A stretch of DNA of 63,270 nucleotides, counting the filler, from Octopus bimaculoides (lineage: Eukaryota): assembly GCF_001194135.2 (NCBI RefSeq). It is 4 parts of 4 records of this genome, joined end to end, with 100 filler letters (N's around TTAATTAATTAA, not from the genome) between each part and the next. Parts side by side here need not be neighbours in the genome. Positions count along the whole stretch, not along the records: positions 1 to 22,581 come from NC_068988.1; 3 more parts are not named here. One strand, written 5' to 3'. Both the position numbers and the translations under genes were made by a program. The notes beneath the pieces were generated by a model. It was given only the letters and a program-made list of their open reading frames with translations. It was not told the DNA's origin and did no database searches. Positions within the stretch are counted from its first letter, which is position 1. The number at the start of each line of letters is the position of its first letter. Positions 1 to 11,746 of this stretch are shown in pieces.

Positions 1-103
1 CTATCTTTTATATCAACAATATACTGATGTAATGAGAGATTGTTTATAAAGCTTGAAACACGTGTACTGCGATATCCTTTGTGTTCTGTTTTCAATTTAT
101 GTT

Positions 104-139
<36 letters not shown>

Positions 140-170
140 GGTTTGTATGATAATGTATAGAGGAATATAT

Positions 171-680
171 TATTCAAAAGTGTTCCAACTCTGTCTGTTT
201 TTTGTGTTTCATTTATATTCATATAAAATTAATGTGGGATATGGAATACATAATATAAATAGTAAAATGAAATGAAGTATTGAATGTCTTATTGAATAAA
301 TGAAATATTGAGTATTAAATATATAAGGACTAGTATACTTCCCTGCTTTATAGCAGTCATCAAGGTCCCGTCTGACAGACGTGTTTTAACTGTCAATTCT
401 AATCCTTGCTTCCACACCTGAAACTTCTCCTCTAGTTCTGATAGTGAATCAGCAATTAGCACAAGGTCATCAGCAGTTAAAACACATCTGTCAAATGGGA
501 CCTTGATGACTGTTAGAAAGCAGGAAAGTATACTTGTCCTTATATATTTAATACTCAATATTTCATTTATTCAATAAGACATTCAATACTTCATTTCATT
601 TTACTATTTATATTATATATTCCATATCCCACATTGATTTTATAAGAATATAAATAAATAAAAACAGAGTTGGAACTCTT

Positions 681-687
<7 letters not shown>
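171..687. mobile_element. Foldback/MITE-like element: ~220-bp inverted arms (171-392, 475-687) enclosing an 82-bp RTE reverse-transcriptase fragment
   Basis: The left arm TATTCAAAAGTGTTCCAACTCTG...CAAGGTCCCGTCTGACAGACGTGTTTTAACTG is the reverse complement of the right arm CAGTTAAAACACATCTGTCAAATGGGACCTTG...CAGAGTTGGAACTCTTTTGAATA. The spacer translates on minus as ADDLVLIADSLSELEEKFQVWKQGLE. TA-rich tracts flank it. Confidence 0.8.
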
Positions 688-748
<61 letters not shown>

Positions 749-795
749 TATGCATTATTGAAGATTTGTAGTACACTTATTCCAAGAACACATAC

Positions 796-851
796 TTAAA
801 TTTTATGTATCTTCCATGTAAAGTGGATGTATTTGCACTCTCAAAGGGGCT
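796..851 (-). CDS. Candidate exon 3 of the PEBP-family gene (SPFESANTSTLHGRYIKF, phase 0 to 2)
   Basis: Acceptor caacAG, donor AA|GTATGT, open in the frame required after exon 2. The polypyrimidine tract is weak and there is no diagnostic motif, so this is tentative. Confidence 0.3.
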
Positions 852-1076
852 CTGTTGCATGTTATAAACCCCATAAGGGGAATTAAATAATATTGTAAGA
901 TGGGGAAATTTTGGAAATCATCTTTATTTAGTACTTAGTAGTTATGTTGTTATTTCCATTGAAATTGGAGGTATTTGAAACAAGTACCAGTTGAGCACTG
1001 GGGTCGATGTAATCAACTTGCCCCGTCCCCTGAAATTTCAGAACTTGTGTCTCTAGTAGAAAAGATTATTACTTAC

Positions 1077-1175
1077 AGAAATATTTGTTTTCAACCAATG
1101 CAACCAATATAAATTGGGATTTGGACTGGCATCTGGATCAACCATAATCAGAATAAATAAATTATATGAACCCTC
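1077..1175 (-). CDS. PEBP (phosphatidylethanolamine-binding protein) family gene, coding exon 2: EGSYNLFILIMVDPDASPNPNLYWLHWLKTNIS
   Basis: 99 nt, phase 0/0. Acceptor ttttttttccaaAG, donor TCT|GTAAGT. Contains the PEBP hallmarks LIMVDPDA and WLHWLxxNI. Confidence 0.9.
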
Positions 1176-1296
1176 CTTTGGAAAAAAAAAAGAAAAGACA
1201 AAGGCATTAGATTTTTTCAGGGCAATTTTCAGACATGTCAGTAGTCTGAAGCTAAAGAATACAGAAAATAATACATGCATATATATGAGTGAAGGT

Positions 1297-1632
1297 ACAT
1301 GGCTCAGTGGTGAGAGTGTTGGGCTGACAATCATGAGGTTGTGAGTTTGATTCCTGGACTGGGCTGTGTGTAGGGCTCTTGAGCAAGATACTTTATTTCA
1401 TGTTGCTCCAGTTCACTCAGCTGTAGAGATGAGTTGCAACGTCACTGTTGCCAAATTGTATTGGCCTTATCCTTTTCCTTGGATAACATTGGTGGTGTAG
1501 AGAGGGGAGGCTGGTATGCATGGGTGAATGCTGGTCTTCTATAAACAACCTTGCACTGACTTGTGCCTCAGAAGGGAACTGTCTAGGTGCAATCCCATGG
1601 TCATTTATGACTGAAGAGGGTCTTTACCCTTT
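1297..1632 (+). mobile_element. tRNA-headed SINE, family 2
   Basis: Head ATGGCTCAGTGGTGAGAGTG...GAGTTTGATTCC (A/B-box-like), body GAGCAAGATACTTTATTTCATGTTGCTCCAGTTCACTCAGCTGTAGAGATGAGT. A second copy lies at about 58015-58325. Confidence 0.7.
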
Positions 1633-2004
1633 ATATATATTTAAAGTATTTTGGTAGAGTCAATCTCTTGCTATTCTGAGATTCACCTGTTCATATGCAG
1701 AGTCACATGTGAAACTCAGAGTAGTAAATGATTAACTCTTCCAAAATTTAAAAAAACACCCAAAACTGTTAATTTCTACTATGGGATTCTATATATATAT
1801 ACACTAGACATAAGTTTCATAAACTACTACAAAATATAAATATCCACACTACCACACTTGAAATGTAACTGTTATAAATCTTTATCTTGATTCAAATATG
1901 TGAAGGTATTTAGAACGCCCAAACTTATTTCTGCAAATATGCTAAGCACTGATGCTGATCATGGTTTAATTAATAAACATAGGAGTGAGGTAAATTAAAT
2001 CAAA

Positions 2005-2490
2005 ATCAAATCAAATTCGCAAATTCGATGACTAGCACCCGTACCAGTGGAGCACTAAGAGCACCATCCGAGCATGATCGCTGCCAGAGCAGCTGTCTGG
2101 CTTCTATGCCGGTGGCACGTAAAAAGCACCATTCGAACATGATCATTACCAGCGTTGCCTTACTGGCACTTGTGCCAGTGGCACGTGAAAAAACATTCGA
2201 GTGAGGTCGTTGCCAGTGCTGCTGGACTGGCTCCTGTGCAGGTGGCACGTATAAAACACCACTTGAGCATGGCCATTGCCAGTACCGCCTGACTGGCCTT
2301 CGTGCTGGTGGCACGTAAAAGCACCCACTACACTCTTGGAGTGGTTGGTGTTAGGAAGGGCATCCAGCTGTAGAAACTCTGCCAAATCAGATTGGAGCCT
2401 GGTGTAGCCATCTGGTTTCACCAGTCCTCAGTCAAATCGTCCAACCCATGCTAGCATGGAAAGCGGATGTTAAGTGATGATGATACATAC
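2005..2490 (+). mobile_element. Repeat sharing the 3' UTR/tail of the RTE LINE (GTGGCACGTAAAAGCACC subrepeats)
   Basis: The same sequence follows the RTE stop codon at 49791-50186 (minus) and 60841-61152 (plus). Other pieces lie at about 44495-44740 and 52407-52570. Confidence 0.75.
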
Positions 2491-2888
2491 ACACACACGC
2501 TCATACATATATACACACACACATATACATAAGACAGCTTACTCCAGCTGTTGCTTTATTTACATTAATGACTTTTGCGTTAAACTTAAAGATAAATTAT
2601 ATTGATCGTAACTGATCAATAAAAAAACAATTACAGTTGATATAGCTTTGTTTTAATGATGCAACTGCAGTTGTTATTTCCATTGTAACTTCCTTCAAAA
2701 TGTTTTGACAGTAGATATTTCCATAGGTCTCGTTTCAAATTTAGAGTGGATTGTTTTGACATTGCTTTTCAGTTGTGTTATTTATGTTTATATTTATGCT
2801 TTGTATTTGCTTGCTTTTACTATTTTGTTATGTTTGGGAATGTGTTTTAGTATGTGTGTGTGTGGCTGATGGTATTTATCATTTTAGC

Positions 2889-2925
<37 letters not shown>

Positions 2926-3029
2926 GCACACACACGTATATGTATGCCTGTGTCTGAGAAAGGCACAGATCAGTCTTTGTCCTGTGACCAGTGTAGTTGT
3001 GTCTGCTAGGAATGAGGAAAAATCTTTTA

Positions 3030-3390
3030 ATTGTTTCAGTCATTTTAATTGCTTCAGCTACAGCTATGCTAGGGCACCACCTTGAAGAAATTTTAGTCAA
3101 ATGAATCGACTCCAGTACTATTTTTTTAAGCCTGGTACTTTTCCTATAGATCTCTGTTTCTGGATTGTTAAGGATGTTAACACATATACATATGCATATA
3201 CATATACATATACACACACATATATATGATGGAATTCTTTCAGTTTCTGTCTGATAAATCCACTTACAAAGCTTTGGTTGGGCTGATGATATATCAGAAG
3301 ACACTTGCCCAAGGTGCCACACCGTGAGACTGACCCTGGAACCATGTGGTTAGGAAGCTAGCTTCTTACCACACAGCCACACCTGCACCT
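3030..3390 (-). mobile_element. tRNA-headed SINE, family 1 (diverged copy)
   Basis: Ends ...CTTGCCCAAGGTGCCACACCGTGAGACTGACCCTGGAACCATGTGGTTAGGAAGCTAGCTTCTTACCACACAGCC, homologous to 6369-6760 and 34583-34998. Confidence 0.75.
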
Positions 3391-3659
3391 AAGGATCAAG
3401 GCTTTAGGAATTTTGTAAAGCAAATGAATAGCCATCTTCAACACAAACTTTCACATGTCCTCTATCAAGTTCAATTCTTCTTTTACAATCAGCTTTCTAC
3501 CAAGCTACTCCTCCTTGCGGGCTTCTTTTTTTATATCAATTTCAACTTTTGCCATTACTAGTTCTCTTCCACACAGCAGCATATTAACCTCATCTCTCAA
3601 TTAAACTGTAACACTATTACACTTTATTCTCTCCTGAAGTCCATCCTTTTATCAAGGCT

Positions 3660-3875
3660 ACAGGGTAGGCTAAATTTGATAATTTTTTATGTTTCTGTTT
3701 TTCAGGAACAGCTTGATGTTTTGGTGAACAGTCAACAAGTGTTGGAAAGTATAAAGATTAAAGTTGTAATTAAGAAAAAGTGAGATGACATGGAGGACTG
3801 GAAGCCATCTGTATTATGATGATTCATGCTGGGTGTCAAAATGCTGACATCAAAACTGCAGCTTAATGCTCTAAG
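3660..3875 (+). mobile_element. Tc1-like element 5' end, degenerate transposase N-terminus
   Basis: TA-CAGGGT terminus. The peptide EAICIMMIHAGCQNADIKTAA*CS resembles a Tc1 first helix-turn-helix segment. Confidence 0.4.
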
Positions 3876-6368
3876 GTCAATGGGGTGGCCAAAAGGGGGC
3901 AATGGAAGTAAACAACAAAACAATGGGTTAATTAGGTTAAGCTTTATTTTTGAAATGTAATTATTTTGAATTTGCTGCAGAAAGTGGTCTATGCTTGTGG
4001 TGATGAGTGGAAATAGGAAGGCACTAGGAATGTGGCCCAGGTGCCAAGAGGATGGAAACTCAAAAAGTTTGGGAACCACTGGTTTAAAGTAAAAATACAA
4101 GAAAAAAAAATCTAGTTCATAAACTAAGTATACAAGAGCAATTTACATTAAGATTGAAAGACTAGTAGTTTGTCTATGGTATATATATGCAGGCAGAGTA
4201 TATTTGAATTGATAGGATGGTCCCAGACGACTAATACACACCATGTTATGTTTATGGCTAGAACACTTAATTCTTGACTGTCTTGTCTTTAAAACTTTAA
4301 GCATGCTTGACAAGATTGTTTATTTCATCACAGAGCAGAGACTACATTGTAAAATTGACGAACATCTCATTGACTTCCCATACTGAATTTATTTTCTGCT
4401 ATGAGAATGTTACTTAGGAGAGACTGGTACCCTATCCAGAGAGATCTTTGTCTTTCACATGCTGAAGTCTATAGAAACTGGGATTAAATACTATCTCAGA
4501 GGAATATTAATGTGTGTGTGTGTGTATGTGTATCTACATACATAAAGATATGTACCTACATCATTCATTAATTTTTGTTCTAAAGAATCAGTAAAAAATA
4601 GAGTGTGTTAGAAGTAATGCAACATCTCTGGTCATAATTATGGTAGATGCTATTTTCCTCGACTTGTGTAGGACTCCAGTTGTATCAACTGCTAATGGAA
4701 TTTGAATTTGACACATTCCTTAACTACCATAATATTTTAATCTGATAATTAGATCTAATTCATTTGTCCTTCAGCTTGCTCCTGCACAAAACTAATGCCA
4801 ATAATTAGCTTACTGCTGGCTCTTTCCATTATGAAGCTGATACCATGCTTATTATTTGCTATCTGGTGGCCAGTCTATATGCTAAAGTTCTGCGGCATTT
4901 TTGAATTACCATTTTCTAAGACTGATGGACATTCAGGGTCTTTTAACAGAATTAAAGAGCCCTGAAAAAGCAATGCATGAAGGCCCACTACATACACGAC
5001 AACATAGATTTGCATTGGAACCTCAAACTGGCAAGACCTACAATTAACTATCCATGTCTTCAGAATTGTTAGTGTCGAGAAAATGCCGTGCTGAATGGTA
5101 TTTATTCCAGCTCTTTATGTTCGGTGTTCAAATCTTATCAAGGTTAACTGTGCCTGACAATTGTTTCGGGGATATAACATTAAAAGTACCTGTCAAGTGT
5201 TGAGGTTGATGTATTCGACTAACCTTCCCTCCCCATAAAAAAATCTGCTGTTCTTGTGCCTGGATTAGAAATGATTATTACAATTATTGGCAATCTTTTG
5301 AAAGCCATACATGGGAAGTAAAAATATTTCCTCAGTAATTTGCGTAATTTAAAAAAAAATCTTCTTTATCTTTTTCAACAGAATCGTTCATGCTTGTGTA
5401 TTTTTGTGAATGTACATATTTATATGTGTATGCATGCATGTGTGTATATTTTTTGTATGTGTTTGCGTTTATGTGCAAGTATATATATTTCTGTATGTAT
5501 ATGTATTTATTTCTTCAAAAGTTCTTTTTAGCAGAATCGCTTATGCTTATGCATTCTGTGTGTATATATATGTATGTGTTTATGTGTGTGTATGTATATC
5601 AGTATTATTTGTTTTATTTATGTGTTTGTTTTTAAATCAACTATATTTATTTTCGCAATCAGTTTTGTACATAACAACTATTAGTAAAATCTTCCAATTT
5701 CCACTTCTTTAACCCATTTATCCACTATCCAAAAATAAAAATGGAAAAAAGAGGAGCAAGGAAAGAAAAATAGGGGGGGGGAACCACGGTATTCTTTCGG
5801 TATGACTCCACAAAATCAAAACTCTTCAATTCGGCTGTTTTCGTGAAAATCACGTGTCTGTGTCTTGTCAGCAGTCAGTTGACGAAATGGGAAAAGAAAG
5901 CTAATGGGTTGTACGTGCATGTGCTTGTTCCTCTGTGTATGTTTGTTCTTGTTTGTGTGTGCGCCTGTTTTGTTTTTATATATTTATGTGTTGTGGAATA
6001 TAGATGTAACGAAATTATGCTAGCAATGTCGCATTTTAAAGACACAGACACGTGCTTTTCACGGAAACAGCCAAATTGAAGTGTTTTGATTTTGTCGAGT
6101 CATATCGAAGGAATACCAACCCCACTTCAATTCAACACCAAGTGCCTCAATTGGTTGCAAACCACAAGATTCGAGGAAACCGACTGAAGCAAGCCAAAAC
6201 TTCCACGGTATTACCAAGGGTGGTGGCGAGGCTAGGGCATCCTCACAAGCCACCAACGATGACAAGAACTACGTCGTTAACATCCCAGCTCCTCTAAATG
6301 TCTCAAACGCCACAGACTGGAAGAGATAGTTTTACTACTGACAGATACCAATACTTAAGGATTTCATG

Positions 6369-6760
6369 TACTCTTTTACTGGTTTCAGTCATTTGACTGC
6401 GGCCATGCTGGAGCACTGCCTTTAGTCGAGCAAATCGACCCCATGACTTATTCTTTGTAAACTTAGTACTTATTCTATCGGTCTCTTTTTGCCGAACAGC
6501 TAAGTTACGGGGACGTAAACACACCAGCATCGGTTGTCAAGCGATAGTGGGGGACAAACACAGACACACATACATACATATATATATACATATATACGAC
6601 GGGCTTCTTTCAGTTTCCGTTTACCAAATCCACTCACAAGGCTTTGGTCGACCCGAGGCTATAGTAGAAGTCACTTGCCCAAGGTGCCACGCAGTGGGAC
6701 TGAACCCGGAACCATGTGGTTGGTAAGCAAGCTACTTACCACACAGCCACTCCTGCGCCT
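6369..6760 (-). mobile_element. tRNA-headed SINE, family 1 (near full length, internal CA/TA microsatellite)
   Basis: Minus-strand head GGCTGTGTGGTAAGTAGCTTGCTTACCAACCACATGGTTCCGGGTTCAGTCCC (A and B boxes). Near-identical to 34583-34998. Confidence 0.85.
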
Positions 6761-7078
6761 CATGTATTTATTTCTTAGATTATTTTTTTTCAGCTGAATC
6801 GCTTGTTTATGTATTTCTATATATATGTATGTATCTATGTGTGTGTATGTATATTTGTGTAAGCAAGTATATGTGTACCTGTGTATTTATTTGCATATAT
6901 GTTATAAATCAGCTGACTTGATCAATGATAGTTATGCGACGGTTAGCGAAAGAATGCTGTGATTCAACTGGAAAAAAATTGAAGAAATAAAATTTTTTTA
7001 ATGGAAATTGCCAAAGGAATACTTTCACCCCTCACGTACGGCTATTAAAAGATTGCCCGTTAATAAAGAGAAACGTAC

Positions 7079-7285
7079 CTCAACTTTTGGATAAGCCACT
7101 GTAGGCGCTTTCTGAGTTTCCACTTTCTCCAACGTAGCACCACAGGACGAGTACAGCTTCAATGGATGAAGAATTAGATGTTGCCCGGAACACATAGTGT
7201 CATTGCTACCGTTCTTTGCTAAACTGTGATAGACCATGTTGAAAAGCAACAGGATAAACACACCCCAAATATTCCGGAAGATCAT
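7079..7285 (-). CDS. PEBP-family gene, coding exon 1 with predicted signal peptide: MIFRNIWGVFILLLFNMVYHSLA|KNGSNDTMCSGQHLILHPLKLYSSCGATLEKVETQKAPTVAYPKVE
   Basis: Start context gcaaaATG, 207 nt, donor GAG|GTACGT in phase 0, joining exon 2 in frame across intron 1176-7078. Hydrophobic N-terminus; CG-x-L...APTV-x-YP matches the PEBP segment that precedes the DPD strand. Confidence 0.85.
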
Positions 7286-7286
7286 T

Positions 7287-7500
7287 TTGCTTTTTATGTT
7301 TCAGTTTTCTCTAACAAAATCGTTAACAATCTATTAACTGCGTCGTTCATGAAATGTAGGCTAAGACTGACGTTGCAGCTTCCGTGACAGCAGCTCTTAT
7401 TGCTGCGCAGATCAAACTGACTTCATTTATTACTTTTCTGCTTTAAATGAAACAACATTTGAATTACTTTGAATTCTGTCTTCCGTTTAATAATCATATT
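7287..7500. repeat. Left arm of an inverted duplication (PEBP 5' leader/proximal upstream DNA); partner at 8934-9149
   Basis: Colinear reverse-complement match over about 215 bp with scattered substitutions. Confidence 0.9.
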
Positions 7501-7702
7501 ATTTAGCGATTGGTTAATTTAACGCGCACGTGTCTTGCTTGTTTGGCGTGTTTACACATAGCGCGTGCGCGTGTTTGTGTGTGCAAATAAATACGAGAAT
7601 ATAGCGTTTGTACACAGTGTTTCTACTTAGTTTGTGCTAGATGTTTATTCAACTGCTTTACGCACGCACACACGCACAGACACGTATGTATGTATGTATG
7701 TA

Positions 7703-8016
7703 CGAGGGCTGTATGAAAAGTTTTGAGCCTAAACTAGAAACGGGGCTGCTATATAGCTGAAACAATTTTTTTCTGGTAAGTACAGTCTTTTCGGAGTATT
7801 CTTGCTCATTTTCATGATTCTGATATTTTTATTATTTTTTTTTTTTGCAGATTTTTGAATAAACAAGCTTCGAATTTACAAGGAAAATGGAGAAAACTGA
7901 GTATCGTGCTGTCATAAAGTAGCTTCATTTGAAAGGCATGGACTCCGTCAGAAATCCATGAAGATATGGTGAGAACCTTAACAGACAATGCTCCTTCATA
8001 TGCAGCAGTCAAACGC
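7703..8016 (+). mobile_element. Mariner element 5' end (TIR plus degenerate transposase N-terminus), runs into a gap
   Basis: TA-CGAGGGCTGTATGAAAAG terminus. ATG at 7887 gives MEKTEYRAVIK*LHLKGM, then after a frameshift PSEIHEDMVRTLTDNAPSYAAVKR, a typical mariner HTH. Confidence 0.85.
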
Positions 8017-8933
8017 NNNNNNNNNNNNNNNNNNNNNNNNNNNNNNNNNNNNNNNNNNNNNNNNNNNNNNNNNNNNNNNNNNNNNNNNNNNNNNNNNNNN
8101 NNNNNNNNNNNNNNNNNNNNNNNNNNNNNNNNNNNNNNNNNNNNNNNNNNNNNNNNNNNNNNNNNNNNNNNNNNNNNNNNNNNNNNNNNNNNNNNNNNNN
8201 NNNNNNNNNNNNNNNNNNNNNNNNNNNNNNNNNNNNNNNNNNNNNNNNNNNNNNNNNNNNNNNNNNNNNNNNNNNNNNNNNNNNNNNNNNNNNNNNNNNN
8301 NNNNNNNNNNNNNNNNNNNNNNNNNNNNNNNNNNNNNNNNNNNNNNNNNNNNNNNNNNNNNNNNNNNNNNNNNNNNNNNNNNNNNNNNNNNNNNNNNNNN
8401 NNNNNNNNNNNNNNNNNNNNNNNNNNNNNNNNNNNNNNNNNNNNNNNNNNNNNNNNNNNNNNNNNNNNNNNNNNNNNNNNNNNNNNNNNNNNNNNNNNNN
8501 NNNNNTTGACTAAAGGCAATGCTGCAGCAAATGACTGAAACAAGTAAAAGAATAAAAAAGAACAGCAATGACATCATCACTCAATACTGGTTCCCAGGCA
8601 AGTGTTTTTCATGCTGGGGAGCAGATGAAAAGGAAGGGTGATCGACCAGTTCAAAGCCACAGTCATGCATGGAAGCCATTGAAACCAAGGACTTAGTTGA
8701 CAGAATTAGTTGAAGAAATCGATCCCTGTACCGATTTTTAAAATTTGGTGCTTATTCTATCGGTTTCTTCGGCTGAATAACTAAGTAACAGGGACGTATA
8801 CAAACCAACATAAATTGTCAAGTGTTGGTGGTGGATAGACGCAACACAAACTCAACACAACACACACACACGCATACACACACACACATGTATAATGGGC
8901 ATTTTTCAGTTTGCATCTATTAGACTTTCTCAC

Positions 8934-9149
8934 AATATGATTATTAAACAGAAGACAGAATTCAAAGTAATTCAAATGTGGTTTCATTTAAAGCAGAAAA
9001 AGTAATAAATAAAGTCAGTTTGATCTACGCAGCAACAAGAGCAGCTGTCACGGAAGCTACAGCATCAGTCTTAGCCTACATTTCATGAACGACACAGTTA
9101 ATAGGTTGTTAACGACATTGTTAGAGAAAACTGAAACATAAAAAGCAAA
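8934..9149. repeat. Right arm of the inverted duplication, inserted inside a family-1 SINE (SINE parts at about 8690-8933 and 9150-9230)
   Basis: The SINE sequence stops at ...CTTTCTCACAA and resumes at TAGAAGATATTTGCCCAAAG. The intervening 215 bp is the reverse complement of 7287-7500. Confidence 0.85.
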
Positions 9150-9994
9150 TAGAAGATATTTGCCCAAAGAGCTGTGCAATGGGACTGAACCCAAAACCAC
9201 ACGGTTTATAAGCTACACAGGCACGCCTGTGCATATAGACACTTCTGAGCCCTTGGAAAAACCGATAGTATAATTAGGCAAAAATATATTCATCAAAATA
9301 ATTTCTAATAGTGGTCATTTTTGCAGTGCGAAAACTTTCATAATTTGTGTGCATTCACATGCACGCACGCACACACACAGAAAGAAAGCAGTTTCTTGAT
9401 TTGTACATATGTACAACTTCTTTCATTTTGGGAATCTGTGTGTGTATGTATCTTGTATTTTTTCTTCTACTATAGGCACAAGGCCTGAAATTTGGGGGAA
9501 AGGGCAATTCGATTACTTCGACCCCAGTGTGCAACTGGTACTTAANNNNNNNNNNNNNNNNNNNNNNNNNNNNNNNNNNNNNNNNNNNNNNNNNNNNNNN
9601 NNNNNNNNNNNNNNNNNNNNNNNNNNNNNNNNNNNNNNNNNNNNNNNNNNNNNNNNNNNNNNNNNNNNNNNNNNNNNNNNNNNNNNNNNNNNNNNNNNNN
9701 NNNNNNNNNNNNNNNNNNNNNNNNNNNNNNNNNNNNNNNNNNNNNNNNNNNNNNNNNNNNNNNNNNNNNNNNNNNNNNNNNNNNNNNNNNNNNNNNNNNN
9801 NNNNNNNNNNNNNNNNNNNNNNNNNNNNNNNNNNNNNNNNNNNNNNNNNNNNNNNNNNNNNNNNNNNNNNNNNNNNNNNNNNNNNNNNNNNNNNNNNNNN
9901 NNNNNNAGAAAGAAAGCAGTTTCTTGATTTGTACATATGTACAACTTCTTTCATTTTGGGAATCTGTGTGTGTATGTATCTTGTATTTTTTCTT

Positions 9995-10200
9995 CTACTA
10001 TAGGCACAAGGCCTGAAATTTGGGGGAAAGGGCAATTCGATTACTTCGACCCCAGTGTGCAACTGGTACTTAAATTATCGACCCGAAAGGATAAAAGGCA
10101 AAGTTGACCTCAGTGGAATTTGAACTCAGAATGTAGCGGCAGATGAAATACCGCTAAGCATTTCGCCCAGCGTGCTAACGTTTCTGCCAGCTTACCGCCG
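9995..10200 (-). mobile_element. tRNA-headed SINE, family 3 (core GTCAACTTTGCCTTTTATCCTTTCGGGTCGATAA, resembling the MetaSINE-type central domain)
   Basis: Homologous copies at about 960-1055, 19270-19450, 19478-19690, 32865-33055 and 33640-33870. The superfamily label is from recollection of the motif, not a search. Confidence 0.65.
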
Positions 10201-10859
10201 TGTGTATGTGTTTTTTTTTTACCTTATATTGTTTACTTGCTTCTGTCATTGGAGTATAGCTATGTGTGTGTGTGTGTGTGTGAAGACTTTATATGCCGTG
10301 TCTACTGGGTGGAGTGTAGTTTGACAGTCAAGGCACATGCCTGCTGAATGGACTTCATGACAGTCCAATTAGCAGACAAGTAACAAGTTTAATGTATTTT
10401 GCTACCTCAGAATGCAATGCTAATACCTAACACCTAACTTGGATCTATAACTCAAAAACCACAACATTCATAACAATCATGTTTAACCTAGATTCATTCC
10501 AATATTTACACCACATAACTCAATTGACATTAATTATTTCATACTTGCCATTTCTTACTTCTATAAACAGACAATTATGCTTTCCTATTTTCCTCTGCTT
10601 TGCTCTGTGACACTCAAATAAAATAATGCAGCTGTCCCACTCTGAGTATTCCTGGACCTAGCGGTTCGGCAAAAGAGACCGATAGAATAAATACTAGGCT
10701 TTCAAAGAATAAGTCCCGGGGTCGATTTGCTCGACGAAAGGCGGTGCTCCAGCATGGCCGCAGTCAAATGACTGAAACAATTAAAAGAGTAAAGAGTAAT
10801 ATATCCATACATATATGTACATACCTACATCTATATGTATACATACATGCATATATCGG

Positions 10860-11310
10860 TACAGGACATCGAAAAAACGTTGAACACAATGAGAAACGAA
10901 AACGGAAAACGAACTTTTTTCGAACAATNNNNNNNNNNNNNNNNNNNNNNNNNNNNNNNNNNNNNNNNNNNNNNNNNNNNNNNNNNNNNNNNNNNNNNNN
11001 NNNNNNNNNNNNNNNNNNNNNNNNNNNNNNNNNNNNNNNNNNNNNNNNNNNNNNNNNNNNNNNNNNNNNNNNNNNNNNNNNNNNNNNNNNNNNNNNNNNN
11101 NNAAACAGAGAAACGAGACATGCAACATAAAGAGTATAACCCTTCGTCAGTTGTCCCTGTACCATCTACTCCGCGTTTTCTAAGGCAAGGACAATACGCG
11201 ACTTCGTTGGAACAGTCCTTCCCGCAAAGCAAATTAAATCAAATTTGGAAATTTTTGCGGTGGGTGAAAGTGTTAACAAGAACAGGACAGTGAGAACAAG
11301 ACAGCAAAAA
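10860..11310 (-). mobile_element. Dispersed repeat, probably Penelope-like derived; homologues at about 14870-15360 and 55865-56345
   Basis: Shared blocks GACAACTGA(C/T)GAAGGG...ATGTT and CCTGT...CATA in three gapped copies. The Penelope assignment is inferred. Confidence 0.5.
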
Positions 11311-11696
11311 TAAAGTGCTACTATTACTATCACTTCCCTGTCTATCTCTCTCCCTCTCTTGTTCTTCATCCTTTGTTTTTCTCTCCCACCCTTTCCCTAT
11401 TCTTCTCTCCTTTTCACCGTTCCCTCACTCTCTCTCTCACTCTTCCTCCTTGATCCTCTCGTCGCTGACACGTAACGAAAGGGGATCTCTCTTTCTGCTC
11501 ACTGCCTTCTTATAGAAAAGACGTATTTTTTCCGTCTCTTCTCTCATGCACATCTATCTTAGCATTCATAATAGTTTTTCTGTCATCTTGGCTTAGCAGC
11601 CCTCACTGTTTGTTTTTAAAAACTGTCCGATGAACGGGAACGTGAAACTCTGAGTAACAGCTTTTTGTTATATTTCTGCTGATTTTAAATAAAGTA

Positions 11697-11746
<50 letters not shown>

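Noticed and set aside
21-70. CTGATGT...GAAACACGT hammerhead-like motif, and CTGATGAA motifs near 56221 and 58552
   Set aside because: Broken core or no GAAA after stem II, and no convincing stem I.
3706-3783. Plus-strand terminal-exon-like segment after a strong ttttttcAG
   Set aside because: It lies inside a Tc1-like relic within the PEBP intron, and I found no partner exons or homology.
6052-6330. GC-richer stretch with short ORFs on both strands inside the PEBP intron
   Set aside because: No frame stays open through it and no family is recognisable; probably an unclassified repeat fragment.
6690-6750. tRNA-like A/B-box segments here and in other SINE heads
   Set aside because: No full cloverleaf, and they are always fused to SINE bodies, so they are not tRNA genes.
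9379-10073. ~165-bp exact direct repeat on both sides of the 9546-9906 gap
   Set aside because: Identical sequence ending one contig and starting the next is the typical sign of an unmerged overlap, not a tandem duplication.
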